Positions 22,311-29,579 of a stretch of 32,000 nt of DNA are shown piece by piece. The translations under genes were made by a program, and so were the position numbers. The stretch lies in assembly GCA_963677765.1 (NCBI GenBank), contig OY782392.1, positions 180,001 to 212,000 on the forward strand. The letters are read 5' to 3'. Positions within the stretch are counted from its first letter, which is position 1. Each line of letters opens with the position of its first letter. Source of the DNA: Candidatus Saccharimonadota bacterium (GTDB taxonomy: Bacteria > Patescibacteriota > Gracilibacteria > BD1-5 > UBA6164). The notes beneath the pieces were generated by a model. It saw only the letters and a program-made list of their open reading frames with translations, did no database searches and was not told where the DNA came from.

Positions 22311-24689
22311 TTAGAAGAAATCTTTAATAGTAACATTAAAGTTATTTGATAAAACGACATTATTATTTGGTTCTGTAAGTCTTAATCTATATGTATATGT
22401 AACATCAACATCATATTCTGGTCAACTTCAACTTATATGAACTAATCTATTTCAATCAAGTTGAACTTCTCAAGAAATAGGACCTCAACTAACTGTTTCT
22501 AAAACTATTGTAGAACCTACTTTATAATTACTTATAAGAGTAGTAACATCAGCTATTAATTCTGTTTGAGTTCATGATCATTCATTAGTTTCAAAATTTC
22601 AAATAGCCATCCAACTAGCAGCAACTGCTTCTACTTCATAGTTAACTGTAATTGCAGTACTATCTAAATTACCATCATTTGCAACAACTTGAAAACTACC
22701 ACTTTGTATAGTATTTGTAGTTCATGATAATGTACCATTTGAGTTAAATGTTGTTCATGCTGGTATAGTTCATGATACAACTCTATATGTTAAACTGTTT
22801 CATTCTGCATCTGTTGATGAAAATGTTAGGCTCATTGCATCTCATACAGTAACTGTTGAATCTCCACTAACATTTGGTTGAGTTGGTGCTGTATTAACAA
22901 CAGGAGCTGCTTCTACTTCATAGTTAACTGTAATTGCAGTACTATCTAAATTACCATCATTTGCAACAACTTGAAAACTACCACTTTGTACAGTATTTGT
23001 AGTTCATGATAATGTACCATTTGAGTTAAATGTTGTTCATGCTGGTATAGTTCATGATACAACTCTATATGTTAAACTGTTTCATTCTGCATCTGTTGAT
23101 GAAAATGTTAGGTTCATTGCATCTCATACAGTAACTGTTGAATCCCCACTAACATTTGGTTGAGTTGGTGCTGTATTAGCTCATTCTAATCATGAAATAG
23201 CTGATTGTAAGTTTGTATTAGCTTGATCAACTTGAGCTTGACTAGAATTAGAGTCATCTCTAATTTGTATAGCATTAGTTAAAGCTGTTTGAAGATTAGA
23301 CCAACTAGAAGTAGTATAATCTGATTGATTTAATCATTGAGCTGTTGTTATAGTAGAATTCAAAGTTGAAAAATCAGCAACTTCTGATAATTGGTCTATA
23401 GCAGAATTTAAGTTATTAAAAGCTGTTTTAACTTGCTCCAAAGTTGAATTATCATCATTATTAACAATTATAGCAGCAGCTAATGCTGAAGATAAAGCTG
23501 CCCAACTACTAGAAGTATAATCATTACTATCTAAAGATCATACTTCATTTATTTTTGAGTTAAGTGCTGATTTATCCAAGATAAATTCAGTTGTTACTTT
23601 TGTTTCTTTTTGTCAGTATAAAGTAGACATAGCTTCTCTTGCTCAAGTAGTATGAGTAAGATTTAGATGATTATATTTTCTAGAATTAGTATATGATTTT
23701 AATCCTGGAGTATAAGTAAATGTAAGCATAAATCTATTATCATCCATAGAGCTAGAGTTTACTCTTTCATAAGCTGCTCAAACAGATAATCAATCACTAA
23801 TAATATAATCTACTTTTCATCTATATATTTCTGAATCAAATGAATCACCATCTAATCTAGAATATTCTATACTAGGTCTAATTTTTCATCAATTATAAGT
23901 ATATCAAAATCAATAATTATTAGCTCAATTTCAAATATTAGTATGTCAAAAATTAGCATCAAAACTACTATTTCAATAATCATATTCAAAAGTAAATCAT
24001 GCAGATCTAGTATCTTCTCATTCAAAACTAGTAGTAGTTGTAGTTATTTCTTTTCCCCATTCAACATCTCTTGAAACTTGAGTAACTGATAAAGTTTTAG
24101 AGTCAGTAAAAGTTGCATTAGCATATACTCAAGCTCTAAAATTTTCTACTATATTTGAAAAATCTTTTAAAAATTCAGCTCAAACATATTTTTGACCAAT
24201 ATCTACTCATTCAAAATCTTGTTTTAAGTATCATGCAGTAGCTTTTGCTGAAAAATCAACTCATTTATATAATCAAGTAACTAAATATGATTGTCTTTCA
24301 TCTCAAAAATTAGTTGTGATTAATGTTCCCCATTTTTCTCATACATTTGCATATTCTATAGATGTAACTAATCACATTGATTCTGAATCTTGTAATCAAA
24401 TTTCTAATCTAGAGTTTTGATTAGAAATTTGTAAATTTCAGCTTTGAGTATCAGGATTTCAATTTAATACAATATTTGCTTTATTTGTATCAGTATATGA
24501 TGGAGAGCCTAAATCTGGTAAATTTTTAGTTGAAACTCTAGGAGGAGTTAAATCGTCATGGTTAACAGACATTACATCATTAACTCTATTACTTGTAGAA
24601 GCACATCATTGCATTAATGCTCATGCTACAAATAATGCAGTTCAATTTTTATAAATTTTTGAAGCTAAAGAATTAGACGAATTTTTCAT
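22311..24689 (-). CDS. Surface lipoprotein-like adhesin: N-terminal beta-rich domain, 2 FIVAR-like repeats, 2 Ig-like (He_PIG/cadherin-like) repeats, C-terminal domain
   Basis: 792 aa. N-term MKNSSNSLASKIYKNGTALFVAGALMQGCASTS (signal peptide with a lipobox-like LMQG-C). Two repeats of the type DYTSSSWAALSSALAAA...LEQVKTAFNNLNSAIDQL (FIVAR-like). Two 94-aa repeats ...LTYRVVSGTIPAGTTFNSNGTLSGTTNTIQSGSFQVVANDGNLDSTAITVNYEV.... Length is an exact multiple of 3. Stop TAA (plus tta 22311-22313). Confidence 0.85.
22625..23178. repeat. Near-identical 282-bp tandem duplication inside the adhesin gene
   Basis: 22625-22896 and 22907-23178 are identical except for 3 transitions, by direct visual alignment of the printed lines. 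The period of 282 bp (94 codons) keeps the reading frame. Confidence 0.95.
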
Positions 24690-24767
24690 ATTTTTTTATT
24701 AATTAATATCTAAAACAGGTTAAAATATAGTATAAAAAAATAAATTGTCAATATTATTTTAAAAATA

Positions 24768-24806
24768 AAATAAAAACCAGACATTTTTAGACTGGTTTTT
24801 ATTTTA
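24768..24806 (-). terminator. Intrinsic terminator of the muralytic-protein gene
   Basis: AAAAACCAG (24772-24780) / CTGGTTTTT (24792-24800) stem with an 11-nt loop, just downstream (minus sense) of the stop at 24808-24810. Confidence 0.55.
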
Positions 24807-24807
24807 T

Positions 24808-26457
24808 TTAAGCATTTAATCAAGACTCTCTCATATTTGATAAATATCATCTTAATTGAGCACTTCATAAATGTGCTTTATTTAATCAATCTCAAGCATA
24901 ATAACTTCTACCTGACATATCTTTTGGTAAAGAAGCCCATTCTTTTGATAAGTTTAACTGAAATTGTTCAATACTCATTGAACCATTCATAAATGAATCC
25001 AATCATCTTATTTTCAAAAGATAAAGTCCCATCTTATCTTGATTTTCAGGAGAAAATTTTGCATTCATTCATAATCAAGTAGCTTCTGCTGCAGCTCTAA
25101 GTGTTCATTGTATAAATTGATATTTACCTATAGCTGAAGAAGGTTGTCATGAATTAACAAATTGTCTTTGATATTGTTGTACTTCTCAAATAGTCATACT
25201 TGTAAAATCAATTCTAGATTGATCAGAGTTTCAATATATAGAATTATAATTTCATCATGATTCAAAAATAGATATCAAATCTAAAAGTCATTTTTCTCAT
25301 TCTCTAAGTTCAATATTAGAAAAATCAATTTTATTATTAAATCTTGAATAAGCATCTATTTGTCAATCTCAATCAGTATCAGCAATAGCATCTTTTAATA
25401 ATTCACTATTATTATCTAATCAATAATCTCATCTAATTCTTTCAACTTGAGTAAATAATTCTTCAAGACTTAATTCATATTTATCTTCAGGAGTATCAGA
25501 TAATATAGATTCAAAAGTCTCCATTACTAAATCTGGTTCTATTCATCTACTAAGAGCTTCTTTAGCAATCATAATTTGTAATTTTCATTCGTATCATTCA
25601 AGTAATTGTTCATTTCTATTTGAGATTTTTGTTAATTCCTCAGGAGTTCTTAATTTAGATATATCAACACTTGTAGATTCATGAATAGTAAGCCTCTTAT
25701 TTCAATTAAAAAATTCTCATTTTAGATTACTTCTAGTATATTCAACTCATCCGGAAGTAACTGTTCATACTTCTTCTGGAAGAACTTGTCATGCTGTAGT
25801 TTCTAAATATAATTCTCTATTATATTCTCATTCAAAAGTAAAAGAAAATTCCAATGAATCTATATTTCAGTTAGCTACATCACTAGAATCAATATTATTT
25901 TTAGTTATATACTGTAATCTTGCTTCAGGAGATAAAGCTAAAAACTCTTTATTATTTAATGTTTTTAGTTCTTCATTATTTATATCTAGTTCTTTTATTT
26001 CTCAAGTTTCTTCATTATAATCAACTCATGCTTCATGCTCTAATGTATTAGAAGCTTGTGTTAATCTATTTTTTAATTCATTAATTGTAGTTGATAAATC
26101 ATTTGATTGTTTTGTTGCTTCAAGATACTGATTTCTATAATGATTAAACATTTCGATTGTTGGTCTTGCTTCAGGATCATTTCTAATTTCAGGATCACTA
26201 GTAAGACCTTGTCTTAATCTTTCTGATATTTGACTTGTTATTTTTCAAGTATTTTGTAATGAATCATATTTTTGTTCCAAAGCATCAATTTGTTCCATAA
26301 GCTCTTGTTGTTCTGGAGTCAAATTTTGCCTTTCTAATCTTTCATTTGGAGCTTGTGTTTCATTATTATTTTCAGGAGTTCAAATAGGTCAAGATTCTTG
26401 AAAAGAAGAATACAATAAACTAGAAAAACTTTGTTTAAGATTTTTTATAAATAACAT
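24808..26457 (-). CDS. Coiled-coil protein with C-terminal lambda-lysozyme-like (GH104-type) lytic transglycosylase domain
   Basis: 549 aa. C-term ...LISIFESGGNYNSIYGNSDQ...SSAIGKYQFIQGTLRAAAEATGLGMNAKFSPENQDKMGLYLLKIRGLDSFMNGSMSIEQFQLNLSKEWASLPKDMSGRSYYAGDG.... From memory this parallels phage lambda R: SEGT...GAGRYQLL...FSPKSQDAVALQQIKERGAL...IWASLPGAGYGQ. The N-terminal ~380 aa is E/Q/L-rich and probably coiled coil. No obvious Sec signal peptide. Confidence 0.78.
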
Positions 26458-26512
26458 ATATAAATAATTAAGTTATATTTATATATATATTATCATATAG
26501 GTTTGAAATAAA

Positions 26513-26543
26513 CAAAAAAACACCAATATTGGTGTTTTTTTTT
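26513..26543. terminator. Bidirectional terminator (downstream of rnr)
   Basis: AAAAAAACACCAAT/ATTGGTGTTTTTTT perfect palindrome, 4 nt from the rnr stop. Confidence 0.7.
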
Positions 26544-26546
26544 ATT

Positions 26547-28709
26547 TTATGAATGTACAACTTCAAAGTTTAATCTTAATAAAACTTCATCAGCTTCAAT
26601 TAATTTAACTCTAATATTATCTCAAAGAGTATATTTATTACCTAATTTATCTCTATGAGTTTGCATTTTTTCATCAAAATTTGAAGATTCAACTTCAACA
26701 AAACCTTCTGCAGTATCAGGTAAAGCAACAAAGAATCATTTTGAAATTACTCATGTAATTACTCAGTCAAATTCTTCACCTACTTTATTTTTATAATATT
26801 TAACCAAGAAGTAATCTCTAACTTTGTATTCAAGTTTTTCACTCATTCTTTCTCTTTCACTACATTGTTTAGAAACTTTTGATAATATAGAACCATAATG
26901 ATTTTGTCTTTTTGCATCAAGTTTTTGATTTAGATATTCTTTTATAATTCTATGTATTTGTAAATCAGGATATCTTCTAATTGGAGAAGTAAAATGACTA
27001 TAAAATTGTAAACCTAATCAAAAATGACCAAAATTTATATGAGAGTAACTAGCTTGAGTCAAAGTTCTCAGAGTCATTCTTTCTAAAAATCTTCTTTTAG
27101 CATCATCTAAATCTTTGTATTTATCTAATAATTGACCGAATTCAACAGTATTAGCCTCATCAAATCTAAATTTTATACCAAATAATTGTAATTTATCTTG
27201 TAAATCTAAAATATCATTTTCTTTTGGTTTTTCATGTATTCTATAAACAAATGGGAATTGAGACATCTCTTTGGCAACAGCTTCATTTGCTGATACCATA
27301 AATACTTCAATTAATTTATTTGAGTTATATTTTGGATATTCTTTTACTCAGATTGGATCACCATTTTCATCAAATTCAACAACAGTTTCTGGGAAATCAA
27401 AATCAAGAGTACCAGTTTTTTCTCTATGCTTCATGATTAATTCTTTTAAATCATTAGCATCTTTAATTGTATCTAATAATTGTTTAGTAGCTTCTCATCT
27501 AAACATTAATTCATCTCAAACATTTACATGTCTTTTTTCAATTTCATCTACATCTTTATAAGTTAATCTAAAATCACTTTTAATAACAGATTCATATAGT
27601 TTTGATTTTATTAAATGACCAGTTTTACCTCAAATAGTCATTTCACAAGTCATTGTTAATTTGTCTGTATAAGGATTTAGACTACAAAGATTATTAGATA
27701 ATTTTTCTGGTAACATAGGTATAACTCTATCAGCCAAATAGATAGAAGTACCTCTTTCTAATGCCTCTTTATCTAAAGCAGATCTTTCAGTTACATAATT
27801 AGTAACATCAGCTATATGAACATAAAGTTTATAATCTCAGTTATCCATTTTTTCTAAAGAGATTGCATCATCTAAGTCCTTTGCATCAGCACCATCAATA
27901 GTAAATGTAAATAAATCTCTAAAATCTTTTCTTCTAGATATTTCATTTTTATCTACATTTTCTGAAATTCAAGATAATTGTTCTTGAACATCGTCTCAAA
28001 AAGTAATTCTAGCACCTCATTCAACAGCCAAAGTTAAGATTTCTTCTTCTCTTTTATCTAAACTACCTTTGCTAGAAATAATTTCTTTAATAACTCATTC
28101 TGGATTTTTCTTAGACCACTTCGTAATTTCTACTCAAACTATATCTCAAGAATGAGCTCACATTGCATTAGTACTAGCAACAAATATATCATTTTTGAGA
28201 TTTTTATCTTTTGGAATAACAAATCAAAAATTATTTTTACCAGTTTTATATGTTCAAACAACCAATCATTTTTTTCTTTCAATTACTCTAACTATTTCTG
28301 CTTCTTCTTTTCATTTAAAAACTTTTACACTAGCTTCAACTAAATCTCAGTCCATAGCTGTTTGTTTGTTTCTAGAAAAAACAAAATATCATTTTTTTTC
28401 TTTTCATTCAGGAGTTTCGATTATAGTATCAACAAAACCAAAATCTCAATTTCCTTGAGAGTAAGTTCATACTATATTTGTTTCATTTAATTTATGTTCA
28501 CTTGATTCTTTTAATACACTAATAATTTTAGCTTCTTTACTTTTTCATCATTTTTTATCTAAAACTTCAACTTCAACTAAGTCTCAGTTTGAAGCTCAAT
28601 TAATATTTGGTCCAGCTATGAAGAAATCACTGCTATGAAGCGATTTATCTGTAGGAACAACAAAACCATAACCGTCTTGTTCTTGAAAAACTCATACTGC
28701 TTTTTCCAT
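26547..28709 (-). CDS. rnr: Ribonuclease R with three N-terminal OB/cold-shock-like modules
   Basis: 720 aa. RNB core ...[21 protein letters not shown]...[11 protein letters not shown]...[24 protein letters not shown]...[28 protein letters not shown].... C-terminal S1-like [28 protein letters not shown]. The N-terminus carries three G-x-F/Y...GFGFV...GDLVE modules. Confidence 0.93.
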
Positions 28710-28777
28710 TTGTTTTTGTTTAAAAAATATATTTATAATAATTGTAACATATAAAACAAAAAAATAAAAACAAAAGT

Positions 28778-28805
28778 TTGCAAAAAGATTGACTTTTTAT
28801 ATAAT
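28778..28805 (+). promoter_or_regulatory. Candidate promoter of the microhelix/tRNA-Leu transcript
   Basis: TTGCAA (28778-28783), 16 nt, TATAAT (28800-28805). Lies 15 nt upstream of the GGGGCCG hairpin and 49 nt upstream of tRNA-Leu. Confidence 0.4.
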
Positions 28806-28820
28806 AGCATCACTCTTTAT

Positions 28821-28848
28821 GGGGCCGTGTTAATTTGCGGCTCCACCA
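28821..28848 (+). ncRNA. tRNA-Ala/tmRNA-like acceptor microhelix ending in ACCA (function unknown)
   Basis: GGGGCCG-tgttaatttg-CGGCTCC-ACCA. The 7-bp stem has a G.U pair at the third position (as G3:U70), then single-stranded A + CCA. It is a GC-rich island in an AT-rich spacer, 6 nt upstream of tRNA-Leu. No D, anticodon or T arms. Confidence 0.35.
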
Positions 28849-28854
28849 TATTAA

Positions 28855-28939
28855 GCCCAGATGATGGAATTGGTAGACATGGGGGACTCAAAATCCCCTG
28901 CTTTCGAGCGTAAGGGTTCAAGTCCCTTTCTGGGTACCA
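28855..28939 (+). tRNA. tRNA-Leu (anticodon CAA), class II, CCA encoded
   Basis: Acceptor GCCCAGA/TCTGGGT (G1.U72). Anticodon stem GGGGA/TCCCC with loop CTCAAAA (CAA at 28889-28891). Long variable arm GCT-ttcg-AGC. T arm AAGGG-TTCAAGT-CCCTT. Discriminator A, then CCA. Confidence 0.92.
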
Positions 28940-29199
28940 TAAAAGTTATTAAATATTATTTAGTTTTCTAGATTGTATTTGATAGCTTTTATTTTTTGGA
29001 CTTGAATAGAGAAAAGGAATCATTAAATGCAAAAATTTTTACGATGAATAAGAGTAAAATATTTTTAGTATTTAATAGATTATCTTTCGAATGTCCGACC
29101 CAAAGGGCGACAAGTCCCTTTCTCTAGTACCATAAAAGTTATTAAATATTATTTAGTTTTCTAGATTATATTTGATAGCTTTTATTTTTTGGACTTGAA
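28919..29199. repeat. Direct duplication (~88 nt x2, period ~193 nt) of the tRNA-Leu 3' end plus 67 nt of downstream spacer
   Basis: 28919-29006 versus 29111-29199: CAAGTCCCTTTCT...ACCATAAAAGTTATTAAATATTATTTAGTTTTCTAGATT[G/A]TATTTGATAGCTTTTATTTTTTGGACTTGAA. They differ only in the acceptor 3' strand (CTGGGT vs CTCTAGT) and at one spacer base. Confidence 0.9.
29103..29132 (+). pseudogene. Degenerate 3' fragment of tRNA-Leu (T arm + acceptor 3' strand + CCA)
   Basis: AAAGGG-CGACAAGT-CCCTT-TCTCTAGT-ACCA. It retains the T stem and CCA, but the T loop is 8 nt and altered. Upstream CTTTCGA echoes the variable arm. No matching 5' half could be folded. Confidence 0.5.
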
Positions 29200-29216
29200 G
29201 ATTTATTTTATATTAA

Positions 29217-29256
29217 TAAAAAGTAAAAGAGAGAGTTTTTTAGAAACTCTCTCTTA
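29217..29256 (-). terminator. Intrinsic terminator of the 71-aa ORF
   Basis: AAGAGAGAGTTT (29227-29238) / AAACTCTCTCTT (29244-29255), a 12-bp stem. TTTACTTTTT follows on the minus strand. Confidence 0.7.
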
Positions 29257-29270
29257 ATTTTTCTCCTTTT

Positions 29271-29486
29271 TTATGCGTATGCCCTGGCAATCATATTAAG
29301 TTGTTTGGTGTCAGAGCTAGAGTAAGTAGTGACATAATCACTGCTTGCTTTTGCCATTTGCTCACTTTCAAGCTCACCATCAGAAACAGCCTTCTGAATG
29401 AACTTGAAAACCTTTGCTCTGGCTTTTCTAGCCGATTTTTTAACCGCTTTTCGTCGATCTCCGTGCTCCAAACTATTAAGTGACAT
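29271..29486 (-). CDS. Hypothetical 71-aa protein, compositionally foreign, readable in both code 11 and code 25
   Basis: Intact in the standard-code track. ATG 29486 is preceded by AAGGAGGTG (plus cacctcctt 29491-29499). No in-frame TGA. GC-richer than its flanks. TAA stop. Basic N-half (DRRKAVKKSARKARAKVFKF), acidic/Ser-rich C-half. Family not recognised. Confidence 0.68.
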   Translation of the reverse strand: MSLNSLEHGDRRKAVKKSARKARAKVFKFIQKAVSDGELESEQMAKASSDYVTTYSSSDTKQLNMIARAYA

Positions 29487-29520
29487 AATACACCTCCTTA
29501 TTTACTTTGATTGGGATTTC

Positions 29521-29548
29521 ATAATAAAAGTAATATAATAAAAGTCAA
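29521..29548 (-). promoter_or_regulatory. Candidate promoter of the 71-aa ORF
   Basis: On the minus strand: TTGACT (29548-29543), 16 nt, TATTAT (29526-29521). The -35 lies inside the 42-bp palindrome. Confidence 0.4.
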
Positions 29549-29578
29549 TAATATTTTAAAATATTATTGACTTTTATT
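29537..29578 (-). terminator. Perfect 42-bp palindrome (21-bp arms), terminator of the triple-OB gene
   Basis: AATAAAAGTCAATAATATTTT|AAAATATTATTGACTTTTATT, one nt from the stop codon at 29580-29582. It carries TTGACT on both strands. Confidence 0.6.
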
Positions 29579-29579
29579 A

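Noticed and set aside
22625-23178. Diversity-generating retroelement (TR/VR pair) explaining the two near-identical 272-bp copies
   Set aside because: The three differences are A/G transitions going in both directions rather than adenine-specific substitutions in one copy. Both copies are in-frame coding modules of the same gene, and no reverse transcriptase is nearby. It is a plain tandem domain duplication.
22311-24689. Outer-membrane beta-barrel assignment for the N-terminal ~330 aa of the adhesin (alternating-residue strands, ...FMLTFTYT)
   Set aside because: It rests only on visual strand-like periodicity. CPR-type cells are generally considered to lack an outer membrane, and I have no homology support. 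I left it as an unassigned beta-rich domain.
29006-29132. A second, unusually long or intron-containing tRNA ending at the duplicated ...TCTCTAGTACCA
   Set aside because: A 6/7-bp pairing between AATAGAG (29006-29012) and CTCTAGT exists. However, the ~125-nt span is AT-rich with no foldable D or anticodon arms, the T loop is 8 nt and non-canonical, and there is an extra base before CCA. It is better explained as a decayed 3' fragment.
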